Program-made: the position numbers and the translations under genes
Shown here: positions 48,351-58,067 of the stretch, one piece after another
How positions within the stretch are numbered: the stretch's first letter is position 1
How the letters are laid out: each line of letters opens with the position of its first letter
Notes under the pieces: generated by a model
Database searches by the model: none
The model's input: the letters and a program-made list of their open reading frames with translations, nothing else
What the model was told of the DNA's origin: nothing
Source: a virus
Length of the DNA: 64,000 nucleotides
Strand: one strand, 5' to 3'
Virus record (IMG/VR): IMGVR_UViG_3300042402_005830
Coordinates: 1-64,000 of that record

Positions 48351-48920
48351 TTATATACCTGTTGATCCAAACCCGTTAGAATTTCTATCTTTTTCGGTTA
48401 AATCATCCACTTTATTAAGACTAACAGAATCTCCATTTACAACAGGTGTAACAACCGCTTGAGCGATTTTCATACCTTTGTGAATGTTGATATCCATAGT
48501 GCTTGTATTATATATTATAACCTTTATTTCACCATTGTAACCAGAATCAACAGTTCCTGGTGAATTTAAGACAAAAAGACCTTTATTTAAGGCAAGACCA
48601 CTTTTAGACCTGACTTGAATTTCATATCCATACGGGATGTCAAAAAATAATCCTGTTGAAACAATTGTTCGTGTTCCTGCAGGAATTGTAGTTTCTTGAT
48701 TGGATAAAAGATCAAAACCTGAGTCACTACCATAATGGTATGTTGGATCAGGATTATCAGACTTGTTGACGAATGAAAGGTTCATCTTGGGTCTATAATT
48801 TTTCATTTGTTCTTCCAAATGACCCAAAGTCTCATTGATTTTACTTTGGTCGGATGACATATCCATCAAATCTTTAAGTACCGACATTGTACTCGTAAAG
48901 TTTTTTAAATCTTTTATCAT
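48351..48920 (-). CDS. dut: trimeric dUTPase
   Basis: SGFDL, KSGLA, GTVDSGYNGE, KIAQ, RNSNGFGSTG. Confidence 0.95.
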   Translation of the reverse strand: MIKDLKNFTSTMSVLKDLMDMSSDQSKINETLGHLEEQMKNYRPKMNLSFVNKSDNPDPTYHYGSDSGFDLLSNQETTIPAGTRTIVSTGLFFDIPYGYEIQVRSKSGLALNKGLFVLNSPGTVDSGYNGEIKVIIYNTSTMDINIHKGMKIAQAVVTPVVNGDSVSLNKVDDLTEKDRNSNGFGSTGI

Positions 48921-49621
48921 TTTAATTCAAATATTTTTTTAATTATATGAGCAAGAGCAACAGTATCTTTTTCACAATACTCTGAAATTACATCCAACTT
49001 CTTTGTTTTGTAATAGAATTCGTTCAAGTTTTCACCCGAAACTTCCATTTCTTTTGGAGATTCAATTCCCATACTTACACACAAAAGATCTAATGAACCA
49101 ATAGAATATGGGTTGTTATAGTTCCACAGGTCTTTTGTATCAATTGCTTTTACCTCCCAAGGTTTGGTATTATAGATTGGAAAAATTTTGGGTGGTTTCA
49201 TATCATTTATGACAAATCTTTTCCCAAGAGTTGGGATGTCAAATAATTTAATATTGTGACCACACATGTAGAAATCCAATCGTTCAATACGGTTGAAAAG
49301 AGTTCTGATTTCTTTCAATAATTCAACCTCGTCATGGTTTGAAAAAGTGGTTCTATGTAACTCACCTTTTGTATCATAAAAACAAAAGGAAGCGGCAACC
49401 ACCCTTGAAAATTCAGGAACCAACGCTGCCCTTTTGAAATATCTTTCTTCAGGGGTGATGTCCCCATCTTCAGGGTACCTCCTTTTGAAAAAATCAATAT
49501 AATCGAAAAATACCTTATGTAACTTCGGTTTTTTCTCTTCTAACTCTTTAAGAGTTTCAAATTCTGAAACTGTTTCAATATCAAAAAACAGAATCTTGTC
49601 GAGGGGTTTATCTAATGTCAT
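48917..49621 (-). CDS. DnaQ-like 3'-5' exonuclease (PolB-exo2 type)
   Basis: FFDIET, GHNIKLFDIP, YCEKD. Confidence 0.88.
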   Translation of the reverse strand: MTLDKPLDKILFFDIETVSEFETLKELEEKKPKLHKVFFDYIDFFKRRYPEDGDITPEERYFKRAALVPEFSRVVAASFCFYDTKGELHRTTFSNHDEVELLKEIRTLFNRIERLDFYMCGHNIKLFDIPTLGKRFVINDMKPPKIFPIYNTKPWEVKAIDTKDLWNYNNPYSIGSLDLLCVSMGIESPKEMEVSGENLNEFYYKTKKLDVISEYCEKDTVALAHIIKKIFELK

Positions 49622-50832
49622 ATTGAATTATAGAAATTTCTACGGTTTTCGGAAAGTACCCTCAAGTGGTATTTTGAACTTACGGTTTCATAAAGTTGTT
49701 CTCCCAAGTCTTCAACCCAACTTGGATTTTCGATCAATTTTTTCATGAATTTACTCCAATCTTTATGATTTTTGTATTCATCAACAAGTAAACCATTTGC
49801 TCCTTTTACAAAATTACCTTGATCAAGACCGTGTTTAATATCAATCGTATATGGTCCGATGTTAGATGCAATAATTGCTTTTTTATAGAAACCAGCCTCA
49901 ATAACTTTTAATTGTGATTTCATACGATTGAACATGGTATTTTTGATCGGCGCCAAAGAAATATCAAACTTACTATAGTTTTTAGCATATGATGTAACAG
50001 GTGCTGTCCAAACTCTTGTATAAAACGGATCAGGTTCTCCTGTATATTCTTCTTGTTTCCACTTTGTGAGAAATTCTCTTTGCTTGTCGGAAACAAACTT
50101 ATAGTTTGAGGTGAATATCTTTTCGTATTTAGCCCAAACAGTTTCTTCAGGTAGAATTGGTCTTTGTGTTTGTTTCCCCGTTGATTTATCAATTTCTGTA
50201 ACAGTACCACGAGTATCAAACCCACAGATATAAAGACGATACTTATCTCTTAATTCTGAAATCTTGTCAAAAGTACCTTCCAAAAGCATCAAATCATGAA
50301 GGTGGGAAGATCCTCCCAACCATCCGAAACGAAGTTTATCTGAAGGAAGGGTTGGTTCTTTGAATTGTGGTTCTTCGGGGTCAATACCATTTGCAATAAC
50401 ATGAACGTTCTTATTGACAGTTTTTCTGATTTCATTTGCGAACAAATCAGTAGTTGTTATGACCCATTCCGCAGCTCTCAAGTTATTAACGATAAGTTGA
50501 TCGAACTTACGTTCTACAACCATTGCATGAGCAGGATGTTCCATACCAGGCATCCAATAGTCGTCAATATCACAAACAGTTTTGATTCCCATATCTTTAA
50601 GTTTGAGAATCATTTGTCTTGACCCTTCATAATCGGTGTTCAAACTTCTATGAAAGGAAACAATATCGTAATTTTTAAAGAAATTAATATCATTAATATT
50701 GATATCATACATAATATCAATATGAAACTCGTCAGGGTATTGTTGTTGTAGATAAGTGTGGGGTTGAACCGATCTGAATTTACCAACACCGGTACGGTCA
50801 CTTGGAAGGACTAAAATTCGTTTTTTTGACAT
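49618..50832 (-). CDS. GT-B (GT4-like) glycosyltransferase
   Basis: DIDDYW, GWLGGSSH, DISLAP...FN.MKSQLKVIEAG. Confidence 0.85.
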   Translation of the reverse strand: MSKKRILVLPSDRTGVGKFRSVQPHTYLQQQYPDEFHIDIMYDININDINFFKNYDIVSFHRSLNTDYEGSRQMILKLKDMGIKTVCDIDDYWMPGMEHPAHAMVVERKFDQLIVNNLRAAEWVITTTDLFANEIRKTVNKNVHVIANGIDPEEPQFKEPTLPSDKLRFGWLGGSSHLHDLMLLEGTFDKISELRDKYRLYICGFDTRGTVTEIDKSTGKQTQRPILPEETVWAKYEKIFTSNYKFVSDKQREFLTKWKQEEYTGEPDPFYTRVWTAPVTSYAKNYSKFDISLAPIKNTMFNRMKSQLKVIEAGFYKKAIIASNIGPYTIDIKHGLDQGNFVKGANGLLVDEYKNHKDWSKFMKKLIENPSWVEDLGEQLYETVSSKYHLRVLSENRRNFYNSI

Positions 50833-50878
50833 ATTTTTTTATTGAAAGTATAAATAAAAACCTTCAATAAAAAAAGTG

Positions 50879-51430
50879 TTACTTCAGTTTTTTCACGGTC
50901 GTAATCTTTCCCTCAAAGACATGTTTTCCAATTGATAGTTTCATTGTTTCATTTGAAGGTTTGGATTCTGTAATCACATCTTTAATTTGACCTAACTCTT
51001 CTTTGATTACATCTCTAACTGTGTCTCTAACCAAATTTCTCAACATAGTTTTAAAAGATTCATCAATAACTGTTGTTTGATTATTTTGTTTTTTTGGCTG
51101 TCCTGACTGACTCTGAATCAATTTCGCAGCACCTTCAATAACATCGTTTGATAGTGTTGGACTATAAGAATCGGGTTTAGCAATCGGGTTTTCAATCATT
51201 AATCTCTTAATTTCGTCGGGTAGGTTTGAACTCATGATTCTTTGTTCATTCAAAACCGGTGCGGAAACTTGTTGTGGTTGTGATGGTATATTGTAAGTTG
51301 GTTCTTGATATTCTTGGGGAATATTTACTCTTGCGTTTTCACGAACTTGACCTCTAGACATATCATCGTGTCTATTCATTATTTGTTTTGATACAGCCAA
51401 CTTTTGCATCAAAGAATTCATATCTGACAT
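50879..51430 (-). CDS. hypothetical protein
   Basis: 183-aa ORF. Confidence 0.7.
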   Translation of the reverse strand: MSDMNSLMQKLAVSKQIMNRHDDMSRGQVRENARVNIPQEYQEPTYNIPSQPQQVSAPVLNEQRIMSSNLPDEIKRLMIENPIAKPDSYSPTLSNDVIEGAAKLIQSQSGQPKKQNNQTTVIDESFKTMLRNLVRDTVRDVIKEELGQIKDVITESKPSNETMKLSIGKHVFEGKITTVKKLK

Positions 51431-51435
51431 CTTAA

Positions 51436-51819
51436 TTAGAATTTTGCATTTATGTAGACCTTAGTCATGGATTTATCACCGTTTGGATTATAACCAGGAC
51501 GAGCCTCTGTAAATTTATCACCTGTTAAGTTAAAAGAAAATGTTTTAGGAACAATAAACAACCTCCACCCTGGTAATGGTTGTTTTCCGATAGTTGAAGT
51601 ATGTGAAGCACCCTCTCTTTCCCATGCTCTTAAAACTAAATTACCCTTTTTAGAAAGACCCAAACACACCGGTTCCAATTCCCTCAAACCTTTACCACCT
51701 GGTTGATCACCATCGTAGTTAATTACGATCACATTTTTATTGCGTATGGCGTTTGTAAGGTCTTGTTGGGACGCAACTTCAAGAAGTACTAATTTTCTTA
51801 ATTCCTTAAGAAGTTTCAT
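51436..51819 (-). CDS. stand-alone WYL-domain protein
   Basis: AIRNK.VI.INY.......RELEP..LG......LRAW......WRLF. Confidence 0.7.
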   Translation of the reverse strand: MKLLKELRKLVLLEVASQQDLTNAIRNKNVIVINYDGDQPGGKGLRELEPVCLGLSKKGNLVLRAWEREGASHTSTIGKQPLPGWRLFIVPKTFSFNLTGDKFTEARPGYNPNGDKSMTKVYINAKF

Positions 51820-52112
51820 TATTCAGGGATTGTATAACCTTTGTCTTTGTTATATTTGTTGATCTTGATGTTATTAACTCTTTCTGCAGTATCCAAAGAA
51901 GTTCCTGCTTGAACATTATAAACATCTAAATAAAGACCTGTACCTCTACCAATCGCATCACCATCGGCAATAGCATCAGGGTGAACTGAAGAGTAACTTT
52001 GTGATCTTGGAGAAAAATCATTTCTTGGAAATAAAATACCTCTTTGTGATTCAGCAATTTTACTCAAATCGTTGTTCGGTTGTGCGAAATCTAATCTATC
52101 GTTAGCTTCCAT
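51819..52112 (-). CDS. hypothetical protein
   Basis: 97-aa ORF. Confidence 0.7.
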   Translation of the reverse strand: MEANDRLDFAQPNNDLSKIAESQRGILFPRNDFSPRSQSYSSVHPDAIADGDAIGRGTGLYLDVYNVQAGTSLDTAERVNNIKINKYNKDKGYTIPE

Positions 52113-52563
52113 AATTTATTAATTTTTTTATTTTATTTATTTCTTTATTAATTTTGGCAGGACCAAACTGATCTGATTTACTTTGATTCGGTTCTCTACC
52201 CATCAACGGACTTTCAGGTTTCAAATCAGTTTCGGGTTTTGTTGTTTTTTGAACTTCTTTGTTTTTACCATCTTGATCTCTCATGTTTTGCAAAGTTTGA
52301 ACAACCCACCTTTCCATTGGTTCTCCACCATGAAGTTCATATGAAATTCCTTCTTTTGGATTTGTTTTAAACCAATTTTGCCACCTTTCCAAATTTTGGA
52401 ATGTAATTATTTTTCTTTTTACCAAATCTAAATTTCTTTTCCACCCTTGAGTTTGGGATAATTCTTCTTTTGACTTACCCGCACCCAACTTTTGTTTCTC
52501 TTTCAAGAGGTTCAAAAGTTCATTTGGAACTCTAATCTGTTTTCCGTATAGGGATTTGTTCAT
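52102..52563 (-). CDS. hypothetical protein
   Basis: 153-aa ORF. Confidence 0.7.
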   Translation of the reverse strand: MNKSLYGKQIRVPNELLNLLKEKQKLGAGKSKEELSQTQGWKRNLDLVKRKIITFQNLERWQNWFKTNPKEGISYELHGGEPMERWVVQTLQNMRDQDGKNKEVQKTTKPETDLKPESPLMGREPNQSKSDQFGPAKINKEINKIKKLINYGS

Positions 52564-53306
52564 AGATTTTTGACGAGTTTTAAAAGTTCGGAAACCGACA
52601 AACCTTCTTTTTTTGCCATCTTTTTCAAAGACTTGATATTTCTTTGAAGTATTTTTGAGGTTTTGGATTCTTTATCGTTCAAATCATGATCTTTTGCTGA
52701 TTTTTGAACCAAAATATCTTCAACCATTTTTATTGCTTTTTGTCTTTGTTCTTCTTGAATTTCTTTTTCTTTCAAAACACCTCTCATAACAAAGTTTTTA
52801 TCTCCTTTATATGGTGATTTTTCATCCATGGATTCCTTTTTTCCAAACTGTTCTGCTCTATCCACCGCGTCATCCACGTCCATCCCTAATTTGTCTTCCA
52901 AATACTCTATGGTTTCTTCTGCGTCCATAAATTTTGTTTCTTCATATCCAAACGCATCTTTAAAATTCACTTCCTTTAATGTCGGTGAGAAATACGCCCC
53001 AAAAGCTCTGAATCCTCTTGATAGTGGGTCATTTGTTATCCTTGCACTTGGAACGGTTTGGTCCATAGTTTTTCTTGGGTGGAGTTTTGGATTGAGACCA
53101 AACGGAATTTTTGAACTATTCATAGTTCCATCAAAATCAACCAACTCATCCAACTCACCCTTTTCAGTTTTATTTAATTTTGACAAATATTGTTTGTGAG
53201 TTTTACATGGCATGAAGATGTCTCCGTGTTTGTGAGTACCTTCACAACCCAACTCTTCGGACTTTTTTTCCGCGGTTTTCTCGAGTTTATAACCCTTAAG
53301 TTTCAT
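52560..53306 (-). CDS. hypothetical late protein with an N-terminal CxxxHxH...PCxxH motif
   Basis: LGCEGTHKHG..FMPCKTH; TATTTAT at 53319-53325. Confidence 0.7.
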   Translation of the reverse strand: MKLKGYKLEKTAEKKSEELGCEGTHKHGDIFMPCKTHKQYLSKLNKTEKGELDELVDFDGTMNSSKIPFGLNPKLHPRKTMDQTVPSARITNDPLSRGFRAFGAYFSPTLKEVNFKDAFGYEETKFMDAEETIEYLEDKLGMDVDDAVDRAEQFGKKESMDEKSPYKGDKNFVMRGVLKEKEIQEEQRQKAIKMVEDILVQKSAKDHDLNDKESKTSKILQRNIKSLKKMAKKEGLSVSELLKLVKNL

Positions 53307-53360
53307 TAAGTTTTTACTATAAATACAAGGTTAGATGTATTTATTTTAAAAAAACGATCC

Positions 53361-55523
53361 GTGGGAATTCAAAATATTAGAAATCATTCCAACAACGCAA
53401 TTAAAGTAAGATTGGATACTTCACAGTATTACGATTTTTACTTATCTAATGATGAAATCGAGTTCGACCAAGAGACCGTTTTTTCCACTAATTTAATTGG
53501 TTTTGACGATGGTTCGGTTTTACCTGTTAATATCAGATTATGGGACAACGACTGTTCACCACAATTAGAATTAAATTATGGTGATTTCAACAGTGATAAT
53601 AATATAGTTTCAGATAAATTTTATCCATTTGATGATCTACAAGAAAGTGAATGTTACACTTTAACAGGAATTTGTGATGTTGGATTAACCGGTATTGACA
53701 ATGGTCTGACAGATAGAATGACAGGCGAAACACTTTACCATACCAAAGGTTTATTAGAAAGTATAAATAAATTTGATAGATTAACATACGACAGGCTGCT
53801 TAAGTTGATTTCTGTTACATCAAACGTAAGATCCCCCAACACAAGATTTTCAGGTCTGACTGCAGATACCGTGTATAATATAGTGTCCAAAAATTCTTCA
53901 GATTTTGGATACTATCAAGAATTATATGGTGGTTTTTATCAAGGATTCTACAAACTGCATGAATATGATTGGCAAATTCTTCCGGAAAGATATGAATTAG
54001 GATGGACTTTAGAAACCGTTATAAGACCTAGAATATACGATGAATTTACCCCGAATAATGGGCAAACAACATTGAACCAAATTTATCCTGAGAACGCAGG
54101 TATTTTCTTTTTCATGGGTACAAGGGCTGAAGATAAATTTTATCATTATGCATCAGGTCATCCTGAAAATTATACAGCATATACGAGGGTCACTGAAAAT
54201 TTAGATTGTTTAAAAACTTGTTCATGTAGTCAAACTGGATTTACCTCTGATTGTTATAATGTTTATCCAATTTCGGGTAATACATTTCAGGGAACTGACT
54301 GTACCGTTTGTGGGAACGCATGTGAACATAAGGTAGTGGCTATTCCACCAAAAAACCCAACAATAGATGTATTATCTAACTCATTTGCAATAAGGTTGTC
54401 TGGTGATCCAAAAAACCCCAAAATTAATATTAGAACAATAACAATTACAGGTGCTTGTCAAACAACAGCCGATTGTAGTAATAACGAATATTATTTGACC
54501 GGATATTCAATCAATAACATATATTCGAATATAGGTATTTACGATTTTTGTTCGGGAAGTACAAATCAAACTGATTTTTTGAATACAGAAAAGTGGTTAC
54601 AAATTGATGTATCATTCAAACGATATACTTTTTATGAGGGGTGTGATCTTTTTTATGAGGGGGGTATTGGTGAGATGAGTTCATTGATTTATCCCGCAAC
54701 AGAAAGAAATGACACTTTAAGTTTAATAAGACCACCTTTTACTCACGATGAAGAAGTAGAATATCCAGTTCAAAGAGTGGTTATGAATCGAGATTTTATT
54801 GATTCCAAAGATAAAAGGCTTGGGACATTAAAAGTATTTTTAAATGGGTATTTGTTTATGGTGGTAGAAAATTTCGAAGAAATAATTCCAAGACCTTTGG
54901 ATACTGAAAAAGAAAAACAAATAGGGGTAAGTTATTCTATGTCTTGGGGTGGTGGAACTCAAGGGTTAAGAGAAAATTTGACATTTAACTCCTGTACTGG
55001 AACCACTTACCAACAAGATCCTGAACTTTTTCCAGACACAGTTTTATCATCTACAACATTGTCTGGAATTTCTACCGGAATTTTGATGGAAAAATATTTT
55101 GGAGGAACATTTGATGGTGCCTTATCTGAATTTAGATTTTATGCTCAACCTTTGAATGGTGGACAAATTCAACATAACAATAGAATATTGAAAGGGATAT
55201 ATAATTTATTTGATTATTTTTGTTTGAATTGTGGTGAATTTGAACCAGCCCCTACACCCACACCATCTACACCGGTTACCGCAACACCAACACCAACAAT
55301 TACACCGACCATCACTTTAACACCTTCTATTACACCTACTATAACAGTAACACCTTCAATTACACCAACGGTGACTGTAACCCCTGGTCTTACTCCTACG
55401 GCACAACCAACACCTTCAGTCACACCAACTCTCACCACAACACCAAGCATTACCCCTACTGTTTCGAGATCACCAGGTAATACAGGTATAAAAACAATTT
55501 TTGTTCGATTTAATAATCTTTGA
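53361..55523 (+). CDS. Cys-rich putative virion protein with a LamG-like segment and a mucin-like C-terminal tail
   Basis: LKVFLNG...GTFDGALSEFRFY..PL....IQHN; Thr/Pro repeats; TATTTAT at 53338. Confidence 0.7.
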   Translation: MGIQNIRNHSNNAIKVRLDTSQYYDFYLSNDEIEFDQETVFSTNLIGFDDGSVLPVNIRLWDNDCSPQLELNYGDFNSDNNIVSDKFYPFDDLQESECYTLTGICDVGLTGIDNGLTDRMTGETLYHTKGLLESINKFDRLTYDRLLKLISVTSNVRSPNTRFSGLTADTVYNIVSKNSSDFGYYQELYGGFYQGFYKLHEYDWQILPERYELGWTLETVIRPRIYDEFTPNNGQTTLNQIYPENAGIFFFMGTRAEDKFYHYASGHPENYTAYTRVTENLDCLKTCSCSQTGFTSDCYNVYPISGNTFQGTDCTVCGNACEHKVVAIPPKNPTIDVLSNSFAIRLSGDPKNPKINIRTITITGACQTTADCSNNEYYLTGYSINNIYSNIGIYDFCSGSTNQTDFLNTEKWLQIDVSFKRYTFYEGCDLFYEGGIGEMSSLIYPATERNDTLSLIRPPFTHDEEVEYPVQRVVMNRDFIDSKDKRLGTLKVFLNGYLFMVVENFEEIIPRPLDTEKEKQIGVSYSMSWGGGTQGLRENLTFNSCTGTTYQQDPELFPDTVLSSTTLSGISTGILMEKYFGGTFDGALSEFRFYAQPLNGGQIQHNNRILKGIYNLFDYFCLNCGEFEPAPTPTPSTPVTATPTPTITPTITLTPSITPTITVTPSITPTVTVTPGLTPTAQPTPSVTPTLTTTPSITPTVSRSPGNTGIKTIFVRFNNL
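55245..55475 (+). repeat. mucin-like Thr/Pro tandem repeat (about 10-aa unit TPSITPTITV)
   Basis: PAPTPTPSTPVTATPTPTITPTITLTPSITPTITVTPSITPTVTVTPGLTPTAQPTPSVTPTLTTTPSITPTVSRSP; degenerate codons. Confidence 0.9.
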
Positions 55524-56743
55524 TAATGAAAAATGAATCTTTACATCAATCAATTGAACAATTAAAGGTCGAATACGATAATGAATCAATTTGTTTGGGA
55601 AAAAAAATAAAAAATGGTGTTGTAACTGACGAATTATCTGTGGTTTTTTTCGTCGATGAAAAAAAACCAATTGAACTTCTTTCATCATCAGAATTAATAC
55701 CTAGTAGAGTTAATTTGAATGGGACAATTTTGAAAACAGATATTGTTGAATCTTTTGTTGCAAATACAAACCCATGTCCTACTGAATTTAATACAAATTG
55801 TATTTTTAATCCTGTTCCTAACAGGTCATACATTCGACCAATTGTGGGTGGTATTTCAATCAGAAAAACCACAGATGGTATAGGTACTCTTGGTTTTATG
55901 GCGAAACATTCTGAAACAGGATCTCTAGTTGGGGTTACCAATTTACATGTTGCAATGAAAACTCATTATTTGGCATCAACACTTTGTAAGACACCCCCAT
56001 GTTCTTTCAATTATAATTCTTTAGTTGAGCAAATTTATCAACCAGGTGAAAGTTCTTCTTATGAAACTGATTTTTATAACTTAGGTAGAGTTATGTATTG
56101 TTATTTATTACCTTCAACTAGCGCTGAAATAGATTGTTGTTTGGTTGCTTTGAAGGAAAGTGTCACCTCAAACTCTCAATCATATAAACAGTATGGATTA
56201 GATTTCACATACGCTCCTATTTTTGCAACAACTGCGGAAATTGACTCGATCTTAACAAATAATATTCCTTTAGCCGCGTCAGGTCGTTCATCAGGACCCA
56301 AACAAGGAAGTCTTTGTGGTTTGAAGGCATTGTACTCCAATTTTTCTACAAGTGTTCAAGGGTACAGAAAAAATAACGATGGTAAAATTTGGATTCACCC
56401 ATTTCGAAATCAAATTGCGTTCACAAGAGTTAATGAAAGTTGCCCCGACCCTTCTATTCCGGGTGATTCAGGATCAGGGGTTTTTGGATTTTTTAATGGT
56501 GTATGGAAATTAGTGGGTTTGAATTTTGCCGGTGGTACATTAGGAAGTGGTATAGAAGTTGGTATATTTAATCGAATTGATAAAGTTGCGGAATTGATGG
56601 GTATTGAACCTTGGAATGGTAGTCCCACAAGTTTTTTAAATTTGAATAACATAGATACTTACGAAATTCAAGGATTTGATTCTCAACGAACAATTACTGT
56701 TAATGGACAAACTTATTGGCAATCTGGATTAGTAGAAAATTAA
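55520..56743 (+). CDS. trypsin-like (PA clan, Nal1-like) serine protease
   Basis: GTLG, TNLHVA (His), EIDCCLV (Asp), PGDSGS (Ser), VGLNFAG. Confidence 0.8.
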   Translation: MIMKNESLHQSIEQLKVEYDNESICLGKKIKNGVVTDELSVVFFVDEKKPIELLSSSELIPSRVNLNGTILKTDIVESFVANTNPCPTEFNTNCIFNPVPNRSYIRPIVGGISIRKTTDGIGTLGFMAKHSETGSLVGVTNLHVAMKTHYLASTLCKTPPCSFNYNSLVEQIYQPGESSSYETDFYNLGRVMYCYLLPSTSAEIDCCLVALKESVTSNSQSYKQYGLDFTYAPIFATTAEIDSILTNNIPLAASGRSSGPKQGSLCGLKALYSNFSTSVQGYRKNNDGKIWIHPFRNQIAFTRVNESCPDPSIPGDSGSGVFGFFNGVWKLVGLNFAGGTLGSGIEVGIFNRIDKVAELMGIEPWNGSPTSFLNLNNIDTYEIQGFDSQRTITVNGQTYWQSGLVEN

Positions 56744-56805
56744 CCTTTACGATGGGTGAATTTTTTTTATGATTTACGTAAAATAAAATTCAATTCCATA
56801 ATTAA

Positions 56806-58050
56806 GTGACCATATTTGTTCAAATAGCCTCTTATAGAGACCCTGAGTTAGAAAAAACAATCAAGAATATGATTGAAATGGCGGATCGACCCGATAAATT
56901 GAGGTTCGGAATCGCAAGACAATATAGTGAAGAAGATGGATTCGATAAATTAGAAGAATATAGAGAAGATACAAGATTCAGAATTCTCGACATTCCTTAT
57001 AATGAATCAAACGGTGCTTGTTGGGCGAGACACCTTATTCAACAACTCTACAAAAATGAAACTTATACCCTTCAAATCGACTCCCACATGAGGTTCGAGA
57101 AAAGTTGGGATATAACTCTAATTGACATGATTGATCAACTTAAAGAGGATGGTCATGAAAAACCACTTTTGACTGGTTATGTAAGTTCGTTTGATCCCGA
57201 TAATGATCCGGCAGGAAGAGCAAGAGACCCTTGGAGGATGACTTTTGATAGATTTATACCTGAAGGAGCTGTATTTTTCTTACCCGAAACAATTCCGAAT
57301 TGGAATGATTTGGATAAACCAGTACCTGCTAGATTTTATTCAGCTCACTTCTGTTTTACTCTTGGACAGTTCTCTAAAGAGGTGCAACACGATCCTGAAT
57401 ATTATTTTCACGGAGAAGAAATCAGTATTGCCGCAAGGGCGTACACACATGGATACGACTTATTTCACCCACACAGAGTTGTTATTTATCACGAATATAC
57501 AAGAAAAGGTAGAACCAAACAGTGGGATGATGATAAGAAGTGGGTTGAAAAGAATAACCGTAGTCACCAAAAAAATAGACAATTGTTTGGAATGGATGGT
57601 GAAGAACAGATTGATTTTGGAGATTTTGGATTTGGAAAAGTTAGAACTTTAAGAGATTACGAAAGATATTCGGGTCTCCTATTTAGTCAAAGATCCGTAC
57701 AAAAATATACTTTAGATAAAGAATACCCACCAAATCCAAATGATTTTGAAACCGAAGAAGATTGGATAAACTCATTTACAAAACAATTTAAACATTGTAT
57801 TGATATCGGTTATGATCGAGTTCCTGAAAAAGATTATGACTTTTGGGTGGTTGCATTTCATGACCACAATGATGAGACCATATTTAGAAAAGATGCGGAT
57901 AAACACGAAATTCAAGGTTTTTTCCGAGATCCTGATGGATATTGTAAAGTTTGGAGAACTTTTAATGCGGAACAAAAACCAGCATATTGGGTTGTATGGC
58001 CACACTCTGAAAGTAAGGGTTGGGGTGAAAGAATGACCGGTAATTTATAA
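56806..58050 (+). CDS. GT60 polypeptide alpha-GlcNAc transferase (Gnt1/Gnt2-like)
   Basis: TIFVQIASYRDPE, GACWAR, LQIDSHMRF, FHGEEI..AARAYTHGYDLFHP. Confidence 0.85.
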   Translation: MTIFVQIASYRDPELEKTIKNMIEMADRPDKLRFGIARQYSEEDGFDKLEEYREDTRFRILDIPYNESNGACWARHLIQQLYKNETYTLQIDSHMRFEKSWDITLIDMIDQLKEDGHEKPLLTGYVSSFDPDNDPAGRARDPWRMTFDRFIPEGAVFFLPETIPNWNDLDKPVPARFYSAHFCFTLGQFSKEVQHDPEYYFHGEEISIAARAYTHGYDLFHPHRVVIYHEYTRKGRTKQWDDDKKWVEKNNRSHQKNRQLFGMDGEEQIDFGDFGFGKVRTLRDYERYSGLLFSQRSVQKYTLDKEYPPNPNDFETEEDWINSFTKQFKHCIDIGYDRVPEKDYDFWVVAFHDHNDETIFRKDADKHEIQGFFRDPDGYCKVWRTFNAEQKPAYWVVWPHSESKGWGERMTGNL

Positions 58051-58067
58051 ATAAAAAAAATAAAATC

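Noticed and set aside
55245-55475. Possible CRISPR array or DNA tandem repeat
   Set aside because: Repeat is at the protein level with degenerate codons; no identical repeats with unique spacers were seen in the window
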